Part shown: in pieces, positions 40,988 to 50,231 of the stretch
Layout of the letters: every line of letters starts with the position of its first letter
Position numbering within the stretch: position 1 is the stretch's first letter
Assembly (NCBI GenBank): GCA_046582655.1
Contig: JAYGDX010000068.1
Location: 64,001 to 128,000 of the forward strand
DNA: 64,000 bases
Reading direction: 5' to 3'
DNA from: Candidatus Poribacteria bacterium
GTDB taxonomy: Bacteria; Poribacteria; WGA-4E; UBA9662
Notes under the pieces: model-generated
What the model was told of the DNA's origin: nothing
Database searches by the model: none
Seen by the model: the letters and a program-made list of their open reading frames with translations, nothing else
Made by a program: the position numbers and the translations under genes

Positions 40988-42412
40988 ATGCGTAGATCCG
41001 ATCCATTTAGAAAAAATCGGTTACGAATTAAAAAAGTCCGGTGCCGCACCTGTGGATCTGATAATGGCAAACGTACGTGTCCAGCATTAAGTAGTATTGT
41101 CATTTGTCCGCAATGTTGCCGTGCCAAGCGAGCCAAGATTCCTGGATGTGATCAAAATTGTAGATATTACGCTTCCCTGCTTAATACGAGCCGAAACCTC
41201 CCGCCTCCTGAATATCCAGTCTATGAATGTTTCGTTAGCCGGTCGCAAGACACAGGCCTGGTACTGGCAGTGGTTGCTCGACAACGATCCGATGGTAATC
41301 TGCGTGCAATGATTACCCTGCTTGATTTCTGGAAGAAAGGGATTCGTGATTGCGTGGTCATCGCAAATGTAACAGAGAAAGCACTTCACCAACGAATCAC
41401 ACAGATTGCTAAATCCCACAATATCGGAGGGAAGCCAGCGAGAGAATCTGATAGTCAGGAACAGACTGTTGGTATTGTGACCGATGATCTGGTGAGCCAC
41501 TGGTCTTTTGATCTAGCCAGTGTTAGAGGCAAGACGCTTAAAGACGTGTGGGGTGAAAATCATGGCAAAATCGAGGGTAGTCCGAAGATGGCTCAAGGAA
41601 AAGCACGTGGTGGATTAAGGTTCGGCGGCAGGGGAAAGGATCGGATAATTGTGCCTCATCACGAAAGTCTGAACCTAGAGGGGCGCATGACATTGTGTGC
41701 TTGGATCTATTGGAATGGGCGTTCTGACATCATTGTTACCAAGCGAGAACCTCTTAATTATCAATTTTCTGCATTGGAAAATAAAACGATCCAATTATGT
41801 GTTGGAGGTAGTGGGAATGAACGTGGATATGCTTGTGTCTATTCAGATCGGGTCTTGATACCTAATAGATGGGTGCATATTGCTGTGGTCCGTGATAGCG
41901 AGACAGTATTTTTCTACAAGGATGGAGAACATGCTGGTACAGAACAGGTTTCTAGCGCAAGCATGACGAATGACAAGGACCTGATTATTGGTTCCAGTCC
42001 TAGGGGATACTTTCGATATGGTGGTATTCTTGATGAGTTGAGCATCTATAATAACGTGCTGAGTCAAAACGAAATTCGGCAAAATTTCTCTGCCAAAAAG
42101 GGACTTGAAATCTCCGAAGAATTCCAGTATCATTTCGAGTCTGTTGAATTCTCAGAATATCAGAGATTAATTCGTCACGGTTACGACATCGCTACGGAAG
42201 CGAAGACAGAAATTCCTTGGGAGTTTAATTACTGGCGCGATATTGTTGGTAATATGAATGAAATACCCGAAACCGAAGGGTCACTATATAAATGTCCGAA
42301 GTGTGCGGGGGAACTTCCACAAGTTGCCGTAGATCTCATCAAACAGCATGCTCAGTCCGATGACATGCAATTCTATATTGTTTGTCGTAAATGCAGTGGA
42401 GAGTTTGACTAA
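40988..42412 (+). CDS. Cys-rich putative Zn-binding protein with an internal LamG domain
   Basis: N-terminal CxxC..CPA..CxxCC..C..C; LamG at about aa 163-373 (LVSHWSFD, WVHIAVVRD, GILDELSIYNNVLS); C-terminal CPKC and CRKC. Confidence 0.75.
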   Translation: MRRSDPFRKNRLRIKKVRCRTCGSDNGKRTCPALSSIVICPQCCRAKRAKIPGCDQNCRYYASLLNTSRNLPPPEYPVYECFVSRSQDTGLVLAVVARQRSDGNLRAMITLLDFWKKGIRDCVVIANVTEKALHQRITQIAKSHNIGGKPARESDSQEQTVGIVTDDLVSHWSFDLASVRGKTLKDVWGENHGKIEGSPKMAQGKARGGLRFGGRGKDRIIVPHHESLNLEGRMTLCAWIYWNGRSDIIVTKREPLNYQFSALENKTIQLCVGGSGNERGYACVYSDRVLIPNRWVHIAVVRDSETVFFYKDGEHAGTEQVSSASMTNDKDLIIGSSPRGYFRYGGILDELSIYNNVLSQNEIRQNFSAKKGLEISEEFQYHFESVEFSEYQRLIRHGYDIATEAKTEIPWEFNYWRDIVGNMNEIPETEGSLYKCPKCAGELPQVAVDLIKQHAQSDDMQFYIVCRKCSGEFD

Positions 42413-42426
42413 GTATCAATAAATTG

Positions 42427-42456
42427 TTTACAAATAGATGGCCGATAGTATATAAT
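42427..42456 (+). promoter_or_regulatory. Putative sigma70 promoter of the nuo operon
   Basis: TTTACA-N18-TATAAT. Confidence 0.5.
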
Positions 42457-42491
42457 CAGGGCTGATATTTTTTGAAAAGGCTGTAGACTGA

Positions 42492-42896
42492 ATGCTATTT
42501 AACTTTGCAAATGTTCTCCTGTTCCTAATAGGAGGCTTTATATTTGTAGCTTTAAACCTAATCCTCTCCCGATTCCTTCAGACTAGGCTTCCCTCGACAG
42601 AAAAGGAAATCCCTTATGAATGCGGTGAAGATCCAATTGGCGATACCCGAATTAAATTTAACACACGCTTTTACGTCATTGCATTGATCTTTTTAATCTT
42701 TGAAGTTGAGATTGTGTTTTTGTTCCCTTGGGGGGTTGTCTTTCGGAAATTAATTGAGGATGGAGCTGGTATCCTTGCCTTTGGTGAAATGTTCGTTTTC
42801 ATTCTAATTCTTCTGGTAGGCCTTGCTTATGTTTGGGCAAAAGGTGATTTGGAGTGGATTCGTTCAATTCAATCTGTTCAGGAGGAGAATACATAA
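42492..42896 (+). CDS. nuoA: NADH-quinone oxidoreductase subunit A
   Basis: PYECGEDP, FLIFEVEIVFLFPW and KGDLEW motifs. Confidence 0.97.
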   Translation: MLFNFANVLLFLIGGFIFVALNLILSRFLQTRLPSTEKEIPYECGEDPIGDTRIKFNTRFYVIALIFLIFEVEIVFLFPWGVVFRKLIEDGAGILAFGEMFVFILILLVGLAYVWAKGDLEWIRSIQSVQEENT

Positions 42897-42899
42897 GTA

Positions 42900-43448
42900 A
42901 TGCAACAACAAAATCAACCTATCAATATTGTTAACGATGAGGATTTCGATAAAAACATCATCGTTACTTCAATTGATGCTGTTGCTAATTGGGCGAGGCT
43001 GTCCTCACTTTGGCCGATGACTTTTGGGCTTGCCTGCTGTGCAATTGAATTTATGGCAACAGCTGCATCTAATTTTGATCTTGATCGTTTTGGAGCCGGT
43101 GTTCCACGAGCTTCACCGAGACAATCAGATTTAATCATTGTCTCTGGCACGGTCACATTGAAAATGGCAACTCGAATTGTTCGTCTTTACGAGCAGATGC
43201 CAGAACCTAAATACGTAATTTCAATGGGGAGTTGTGCGACAAGTGGTGGTCCATATTGGCAACATGGTTATCACGTTCTGAAAGGTGTCGATAGGATTAT
43301 TCCGGTCGATGTCTATGTACCCGGTTGTCCCCCTCGTCCTGAGGCAGTGCTCGAAGGTCTGATGAAGTTACAGGAAAAAATTCGAGAACAAACTAAAAGT
43401 GGTCCTGCCACCGTACCTTTCCTACGAAAGCTTTTCAAAGCTCGCTAA
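42900..43448 (+). CDS. nuoB: NADH-quinone oxidoreductase subunit B
   Basis: [17 protein letters not shown] and PGCPPRPE motifs. Confidence 0.98.
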   Translation: MQQQNQPINIVNDEDFDKNIIVTSIDAVANWARLSSLWPMTFGLACCAIEFMATAASNFDLDRFGAGVPRASPRQSDLIIVSGTVTLKMATRIVRLYEQMPEPKYVISMGSCATSGGPYWQHGYHVLKGVDRIIPVDVYVPGCPPRPEAVLEGLMKLQEKIREQTKSGPATVPFLRKLFKAR

Positions 43449-43472
43449 CAAAATCGAGTCCAACTAAATAAG

Positions 43473-43958
43473 ATGATAATCGAAGAAATTCAAGGGTTGC
43501 TTTGTGAAAAATTCGGTGACAAGATATCGCCGATTGAAGAAGAAGCCGTCCATGATTCTTGTATCTTAGTGGATTCGGCCTTAGTTGACGAGATTTGCCG
43601 ATATCTTTACGATGATAAACGTCTGGCTTTTGACATGCTGATGTGCCTCAGCGGTGTGGATCTCAGTCTTGAAGACGAAAATTTGTACGTTGTCTATCAT
43701 CTCTTCTCAGATGTTCATCTACATAAAGTTGCAATCAAAGCTATTGTACCGAAGGAGAATCCACATCTACCAACGGTGGAAAACATTTGGAAAACCGCAA
43801 ATTGGCATGAGCGCGAAGCCTATGATCTCTTTGGTATTGTTTTTGATGGACACAGTGATCTTAGAAGGATTTTATTACCGGACGATTGGGAAGGCCACCC
43901 ATTACGTAAGAATTATAAAGAACCTGATACATACCGAGGAATGAAAGTTCCATACTAG
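43473..43958 (+). CDS. nuoC: NADH-quinone oxidoreductase subunit C
   Basis: ANWHEREAYDLFGI and DWEGHPLRK motifs. Confidence 0.97.
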   Translation: MIIEEIQGLLCEKFGDKISPIEEEAVHDSCILVDSALVDEICRYLYDDKRLAFDMLMCLSGVDLSLEDENLYVVYHLFSDVHLHKVAIKAIVPKENPHLPTVENIWKTANWHEREAYDLFGIVFDGHSDLRRILLPDDWEGHPLRKNYKEPDTYRGMKVPY

Positions 43959-43963
43959 ACTGG

Positions 43964-45142
43964 ATGACATCAGTGGCAACAGAAGAAAACAAGTTTATCG
44001 AAGTCCAACCATTCTCAGACGAGATGGTTGTCAGCATGGGGCCTCAGCACCCGAGTACCCATGGTGTTCTGAAGTTGGAATTAAAACTTGATGGTGAAAT
44101 CGTCCGTGAGGCCATTCCACATATTGGCTATCTGCACCGTTGTTTTGAAAAACACGCCGAAAATTTATCCTATCCTCAGATTATCCCATTTACCGATCGG
44201 ATGGATTATATCTCTGCCATGAATCAAAATTGGGGATTCTGTCTTGCTGTCGAGAAGATGATGGCAGCTGATGAAAAATTTCCTGAAATACCTGAAAGGG
44301 CAGAATATCTGCGTGTTCTCGTTGGAGAGCTAAACCGCATCGCTAGCCATTTACTCTCCTTTGGCACCTATGGCATGGATATTGGTGCTTTTACGCCATT
44401 CCTATATGCTTTTCGTGATCGGGAGAAGATTCTTTTGCTTTTTGAGGAGATTTGTGGTGCTCGGTTGACTTATAACTACATTCGGATTGGCGGAGTGTCA
44501 AGGGACATGCCACCGGATTGGTTGGATCACGTTAAAGATTTTATCGACTATTTTGAACCGAAGATTGATGAGTACAATTCGCTGTTAACAGAAAACAAAA
44601 TTTTCGTCGAACGTACAGTCAGAATTGCCGTTCTGGATGAAGACATGGCAATTAACTATGGTATAACAGGACCCAATTTGCGAGGTGCAGGTAAAAGGTG
44701 GGATTTGCGAAAGGATGAACCTTATTCGATCTATGATCGATTTGACTTTGATATCCCTGTTGGTCATGATATTCCCAGGATTGGCGCTGTGCTTGGGGAT
44801 TGTTGGAATCGGTATAAAGTCCGCATGGATGAAATGAAAGAGTCCGTTAGAATTATTCGACAGATTCTCAATCGGGAGATTCCTGATGGTCCGATCATGG
44901 CGCAATATAAAGCCGTTCGACCGCCAGCTGGTGAAATCTTTGATCGAAGCGAAGCCCCGCGGGGGGAACTTGGTTTCTATATTGTCAGTGACGGCAGCGT
45001 GAAACCGGTTCGGCTAAAAGCCAAATCGCCTTGTTTTACAGCATTAAGCGCATTACAAGAATTAAGTAAAGGACTGATGGTGGCTGACATCATCGCAATT
45101 ATTGGCAGTATTGACATTGTTATGGGAGAAGTTGACAGATAA
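43964..45142 (+). CDS. nuoD: NADH-quinone oxidoreductase subunit D
   Basis: MGPQHPSTHGVL, GYLHR, DRMDY and DIVMGEVDR motifs. Confidence 0.98.
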   Translation: MTSVATEENKFIEVQPFSDEMVVSMGPQHPSTHGVLKLELKLDGEIVREAIPHIGYLHRCFEKHAENLSYPQIIPFTDRMDYISAMNQNWGFCLAVEKMMAADEKFPEIPERAEYLRVLVGELNRIASHLLSFGTYGMDIGAFTPFLYAFRDREKILLLFEEICGARLTYNYIRIGGVSRDMPPDWLDHVKDFIDYFEPKIDEYNSLLTENKIFVERTVRIAVLDEDMAINYGITGPNLRGAGKRWDLRKDEPYSIYDRFDFDIPVGHDIPRIGAVLGDCWNRYKVRMDEMKESVRIIRQILNREIPDGPIMAQYKAVRPPAGEIFDRSEAPRGELGFYIVSDGSVKPVRLKAKSPCFTALSALQELSKGLMVADIIAIIGSIDIVMGEVDR

Positions 45143-45228
45143 GCGTTCTTTCTCCTTAACTTCAGGGAATTGGTTCTTAGCTATTTAGTGAAAACGGAAA
45201 TGCGACAGTTTTTAGTGTTTTTGATAAC

Positions 45229-46458
45229 TTGCCTACAGTAATGGTTGAATCAAGTAAACCATTGGCTAACTTGCTAGTGGAGATTCTTCCTCCTCTACCA
45301 GGATTTCTTAAAGGATACGAGCAACTAATTGCCATGATTACCTGTTGCGGGATCTTCGTGGCAATTTTTCCATTAATTCCCCTTGTGTTGGTTTTAGCTG
45401 AAAGAAAAGTTTCTGCTTTTATACAAGATCGAACAGGGCCGATGAGGGTTGGTCCTTGGGGGATCCTGCAAACCTTAGCAGACGGTGTAAAATTACTCTT
45501 CAAGGAAGATCTCATTCCTCCATACGGTGATAGAGTGCTATTCCGGCTTGCGCCCTATATCATCTTTTGTTTTTCTTTAGCCGTCTTTGTTGCCATACCA
45601 TTTGGTGGAATAGATCTAGATGATGATCAGTATATTTTTATTGTCAGTAATCTCAACATCGGTATCTTCTACATCATGGCGGTGTCTTCTGTTGTAGTGA
45701 TTGGTGTGATTATGGCTGGGTGGGCATCGAACAGCAAGTGGTCTCTTCTTGGTTCTCTGCGTTCAGCGGCTCAGATAGTTAGCTATGAAATCCCGGTTGG
45801 TTTGTCAATTCTGGTCGTAATTATGGTGGTACAGACGCTTAATATGCAAGAAATTGTCGATCAGCAAAACAGTGGACTTCATAGTTGGTTGATTTTTCGG
45901 ACACCGTTTAGTTTTATCGCTTTTTTCGTCTTCTTTATTTCTGCTATTGCTGAAGTTAATCGAACCCCTTTCGATCTCCCTGAAGCGGAATCTGAACTGG
46001 TTGCCGGTTTTCATACTGAATACAGTGGTATGCGTTTTGCACTCTTCTTCATTGCTGAATATGCCAACATGTTCGCTGTCTGTGCCATTGCTGTCACGCT
46101 TTTCCTTGGAGGATGGCAAGGTGTTCTTCCAGGAATAGATATACTCGGCGGATTGCCAGGTTTTATTTTCAAAACTCTCTTTCTCGTTTTTGTCATGATG
46201 TGGATTCGTTGGACCTTGCCTCGGTTACGGGTAGATCAATTGATGAATTTGTGTTGGAAATACTTGATCCCTATTTCGTTCTTTAATATCCTTGGTATTG
46301 GAATATGGATGTTGGTTTTTGGTGCTGATACTATGAATATGAAAAGCTTAGGGGCTAGCTTAGTTATTATAGTTCTTGGGCTTTTTCTCCTCCTGGGACA
46401 AGTTTTCAAAGGTGTACCGAGTATCAAAAAGGAAACTATTCCAGCATCATCGACTTAG
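45229..46458 (+). CDS. nuoH: NADH-quinone oxidoreductase subunit H
   Basis: ERKVSAFIQDRTGP, RTPFDLPEAESELVAG and PRLRVDQLM motifs. Start may be ATG 45241. Confidence 0.97.
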   Translation: MPTVMVESSKPLANLLVEILPPLPGFLKGYEQLIAMITCCGIFVAIFPLIPLVLVLAERKVSAFIQDRTGPMRVGPWGILQTLADGVKLLFKEDLIPPYGDRVLFRLAPYIIFCFSLAVFVAIPFGGIDLDDDQYIFIVSNLNIGIFYIMAVSSVVVIGVIMAGWASNSKWSLLGSLRSAAQIVSYEIPVGLSILVVIMVVQTLNMQEIVDQQNSGLHSWLIFRTPFSFIAFFVFFISAIAEVNRTPFDLPEAESELVAGFHTEYSGMRFALFFIAEYANMFAVCAIAVTLFLGGWQGVLPGIDILGGLPGFIFKTLFLVFVMMWIRWTLPRLRVDQLMNLCWKYLIPISFFNILGIGIWMLVFGADTMNMKSLGASLVIIVLGLFLLLGQVFKGVPSIKKETIPASST

Positions 46459-46476
46459 ATAGTTGAAAAAAAGAGG

Positions 46477-47130
46477 TTGATTTTTATGGTTGGATACATT
46501 TCAAATATATACGTTGGTATTTATACAGTTTTAGTTGGGATGGTGATTACCTTTAGACAGATGCTAAGGCCGCGCGTAACGCACCAGTATCCGTATCAAT
46601 ACGAGTTCGAGAGGAAAGATAATTATCGTGAAATCCCAATTGGGTACCGTGGTCAGTTACACAATCGTGTTGAGGATTGTATCGTTTGCAACAAGTGTGT
46701 GCTAATCTGTCCAGTTGATTGTATCTATATTGACTCGCGAAAGCCTTCAGGTGGGCGCGGCGCAAAATTATGGGAAAGCATGAACGTGGTCCATCTCAAG
46801 GATAGAAAACAGATTATCGGCATTGTTGAAGGGGGCACGAAGAAAATCGAACCTGATACAGAGATCACGATTAGTCAGACAGTACCAGCTGGAAAAACCA
46901 GGACAGTTTCAAGTAATGATGTTGATCGGATCGTCGAACGTAAGAAAGTTACTTTCTATATGGATCGGTTTGATATTGATATGGCACTATGCATGTATTG
47001 CGGCCTATGTACTGAAGTTTGTCCTACTGAAAGTTTGACAATGGTCGACAGCTTGGAGGGCCTCGAATACTCTGAGTTTGACCGATCCCGCCTCAACTAC
47101 AGTTTTGTAAAACCGGAATTGTATGAATAA
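46477..47130 (+). CDS. nuoI: NADH-quinone oxidoreductase subunit I, with an insertion
   Basis: VTHQYP; two CxxCxxCxxxCP motifs; position in the operon. Confidence 0.93.
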   Translation: MIFMVGYISNIYVGIYTVLVGMVITFRQMLRPRVTHQYPYQYEFERKDNYREIPIGYRGQLHNRVEDCIVCNKCVLICPVDCIYIDSRKPSGGRGAKLWESMNVVHLKDRKQIIGIVEGGTKKIEPDTEITISQTVPAGKTRTVSSNDVDRIVERKKVTFYMDRFDIDMALCMYCGLCTEVCPTESLTMVDSLEGLEYSEFDRSRLNYSFVKPELYE

Positions 47131-47172
47131 TGGTTATGCAAGACATGCTGGTGTCGTAAAGGAATGTGATTC

Positions 47173-47688
47173 ATGGAAGCTTCTGAACTTGTTTTTTACC
47201 TGTTTGCTTTACTGACTGTGGTGTCGGCAGCGGCTGTCGTGACCTTACCTAACGTTGTGCACGCAGCTTTTTCGTTGATGGTAACGCTTTTCTCTATCGC
47301 TGGCCTTTACGTTTTCTTGCAAGCCGACTTTTTAGCCGCAACACAGGTAATTGTTTACGTTGGTGGGATTTTAGTGCTTATTCTGTTCGGAGTATTGATG
47401 ACGAGCAGCAAGCTTGTAATGAAGGTTAACATTGAAGTGAGTAAATGGCAGATGTTTGGGGGAATTATAGTTTCTTCCGCTCTCTTTGCTGTGCTGTTGC
47501 TGCTCATTTTTGAAACACCGTGGAATATCTTATCGGAGGTTGTTGATTCATCGGATAGTACTACTGAACAAATTGGAATAGCGATTTTGCAGAAGAAGTT
47601 CTTGCTCCCATTTGAAGTTACTTCAATTGTTCTTTTAATTGCTTTGATTGGCGCGGTATTTATTTCACGCACAGAGGTACAGGAATAG
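47173..47688 (+). CDS. nuoJ: NADH-quinone oxidoreductase subunit J
   Basis: QVIVYVGGILVLILF and LPFEVTS motifs. Confidence 0.96.
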   Translation: MEASELVFYLFALLTVVSAAAVVTLPNVVHAAFSLMVTLFSIAGLYVFLQADFLAATQVIVYVGGILVLILFGVLMTSSKLVMKVNIEVSKWQMFGGIIVSSALFAVLLLLIFETPWNILSEVVDSSDSTTEQIGIAILQKKFLLPFEVTSIVLLIALIGAVFISRTEVQE

Positions 47689-48032
47689 TGACGAATATAA
47701 CTCTTGAGCATTACTTGCTAATTAGCATTATTCTCTTTACACTCGGTGTTTTTGCAGTGTTAACGCGCCGGAATGCAATTACCATATTAATGGGTATCGA
47801 GTTAATCTTAAACTCATGCAACATTAATTTTATAGCTTTCTCTCGTTTCATTTCCTCTCCGACGACTGTGGCTGCTGGAGAGGTGAGTTTGGCCATAGAA
47901 GGGCAAATCATGGCTTTATTTGTGATTGTGCTGGCAGCGGCCGAAGCGGCAGTTTTCTTGGCAATAATCCTGTCGATCTATAGAGAATTTAGTTCAATTA
48001 GTCCAAGTGAGATCGATACTTTGAAGGGCTAG
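47688..48032 (+). CDS. nuoK: NADH-quinone oxidoreductase subunit K
   Basis: MGIELILN and AAAEAAV motifs. Confidence 0.96.
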   Translation: MTNITLEHYLLISIILFTLGVFAVLTRRNAITILMGIELILNSCNINFIAFSRFISSPTTVAAGEVSLAIEGQIMALFVIVLAAAEAAVFLAIILSIYREFSSISPSEIDTLKG

Positions 48033-48052
48033 GGTTCAGTTAGAGATATAGC

Positions 48053-50209
48053 ATGATCGTAACGCTTATTTCCGTCATTTTGCTTTGCCCACTAGGGGCA
48101 TTTGCGTTCTTTGCTATTTTGGCATTAACAGGGCGTAATTCAAACCGTCAGGATTTGATCTCGACCTTTGCCATGATAATTGCGTTTTTGTGTGCGTTTC
48201 TGCTTTTTATGCAAGTTCTTGGCGATCCCGATAGCTACAAGCGTGCAGGTGGGGTATCGCCAGAGACACACACAATTGATTGGATACAAATTAATAATGT
48301 ATCCTTATCGATGGGATTCCTTTTTGACAGTGTGACGTCAATTATGTTGTTGGTGGTAACAATTGTTAGTGGTCTCGTTCATATCTTCTCAATCGGCTAT
48401 ATGCATGGGGATCCACGATATCCACGATTTTTCGCTTATCTTTCCTTGTTTTCCTTTTCAATGCTGTTCCTGGTTGTTGCTGATAATCTATTAGGCATTT
48501 ACATCGGTTGGGAGCTTGTGGGACTCTGTTCCTACTTGCTGATTGGGTTCTGGTTCGAAAAAGATTCCGCTGCTAACGCCTGTAAGAAGGCCTTTCTGAC
48601 GACCCGTGTTGGTGATGTCGGGATGTTCATAGGTATGATGATGCTCTTCACTAAATTCCACACGTTCGTTCTGTTTGGCGATAGCGGGATTTTCGAGGCG
48701 GTCAATAATTTAGGATCTAGCGATTTAACTTGGCTTTCAATTGCCGGAATACTAATTTTCTGTGGTGCTATCGGCAAATCTGCCCAATTCCCACTTCATA
48801 CTTGGTTGCCAGATGCTATGGAAGGTCCAACTCCCGTTAGTGCGCTAATCCATGCGGCAACGATGGTTGCTGCCGGTGTATACCTTGCAGCTCGAATGTT
48901 TCCGATTTTAACCGGTGTATCCTCGTTATTCATCGCTTATGTTGGTGGTATCACCGCCATTTTCGCTGCTACCATTGCCATTGTCCAATGGGATATCAAG
49001 CGTGTTCTGGCTTATTCAACAGTCAGCCAGCTCGGTTATATGATGTTGGCCATAGGGGCGAGTAGTTATGTTGCTGGACTTTTTCACTTGACAACACATG
49101 CCTTTTTCAAAGCACTTCTTTTCCTCGGATCCGGCAGTGTCATTCACGCATTGCATGTTCATCATCATGACGGTCACGATGATGAGCATAGTGATCATCC
49201 AGTTGAACGAGATGGAATTCCTTTAGAACAAGACATGCGAAATATGGGTGGACTTCGTCATAAAATGCCGATTACTTTCTGGACAATGTTGATTGCTACC
49301 CTGTCAATTTCCGGTGTGCCATTTCTATTCTCGGGGTTTTGGAGTAAGGATGAAGTTCTTGGCGCGACGCTCGGCAGGGCAATGGAATCTGGTTCTACCC
49401 ACTATTATATCCTGTTCTTCATGGCTTTGGTTGCGGCCGGAGCTACAGCACTTTACATGTTTCGTTTGATTTTCTTGACTTTCATGGGACAGCCTCGGAA
49501 TCAAGGGATGTACGAGCATGCCCATGAATCGCCTAGATCAATGATTATCCCCCTGATAATATTAGCTGTCTTGTCTTTTCCAATAGTTAACAAGTGGTCT
49601 TTTAAAAAGTATGTTGAGCAACCTGAACAAACGCATAATCATTTAGCACATAAGCATGCCAATCAACCTGTTCTTTATGTTGCTGTTGGTGCTGCCGATC
49701 ATCATGATTCGACAAGCCATGTTGAAACACATGGGGCACATAGTCCCGCTCATAGCCTTGCCATGGGATTATCGATTTTTGTGGTGGGACTGGGAATCCT
49801 GCTGTCAGCCCTATTTTATCATTGGAAGATATTCTCGGCTGAAACTGTTGCCAACAAGTTTAGGGGTGTACATAGGATACTTTGGAACAAATACTTTATT
49901 GATGAATTCTATGATGGAATAATTGTGCGTGCAACTGTTATTGGCGCAAAAATTTTCGGTGGTATTGACAAGTATCTCGTGGATGGTTTAGTCAATCTTG
50001 TCTATATAATTGTGAACTACATTATCGCTTTTCTAGTTGGTCTTTTTGATGATAAAATCGTCGATTTTTCGGTCAATCTTGTGGCTAAGATAACATGGAA
50101 GTTTGGTGGTAGGGTTAGACGAATCCAAACGGGGGTAATTCAGAATTACCTTTTTGTTGTCTTAGCTGGTGTCATATTATTAATCATCATTTTCAGGTTA
50201 TTGGTTTGA
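48053..50209 (+). CDS. nuoL: NADH-quinone oxidoreductase subunit L
   Basis: GKSAQFPLHTWLPDAMEGPTPVSALIHAATM, HAFFKALLF and QTGVIQNY motifs. Confidence 0.97.
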   Translation: MIVTLISVILLCPLGAFAFFAILALTGRNSNRQDLISTFAMIIAFLCAFLLFMQVLGDPDSYKRAGGVSPETHTIDWIQINNVSLSMGFLFDSVTSIMLLVVTIVSGLVHIFSIGYMHGDPRYPRFFAYLSLFSFSMLFLVVADNLLGIYIGWELVGLCSYLLIGFWFEKDSAANACKKAFLTTRVGDVGMFIGMMMLFTKFHTFVLFGDSGIFEAVNNLGSSDLTWLSIAGILIFCGAIGKSAQFPLHTWLPDAMEGPTPVSALIHAATMVAAGVYLAARMFPILTGVSSLFIAYVGGITAIFAATIAIVQWDIKRVLAYSTVSQLGYMMLAIGASSYVAGLFHLTTHAFFKALLFLGSGSVIHALHVHHHDGHDDEHSDHPVERDGIPLEQDMRNMGGLRHKMPITFWTMLIATLSISGVPFLFSGFWSKDEVLGATLGRAMESGSTHYYILFFMALVAAGATALYMFRLIFLTFMGQPRNQGMYEHAHESPRSMIIPLIILAVLSFPIVNKWSFKKYVEQPEQTHNHLAHKHANQPVLYVAVGAADHHDSTSHVETHGAHSPAHSLAMGLSIFVVGLGILLSALFYHWKIFSAETVANKFRGVHRILWNKYFIDEFYDGIIVRATVIGAKIFGGIDKYLVDGLVNLVYIIVNYIIAFLVGLFDDKIVDFSVNLVAKITWKFGGRVRRIQTGVIQNYLFVVLAGVILLIIIFRLLV

Positions 50210-50231
50210 GGTTTTAGGAGGAATTTGCTGG

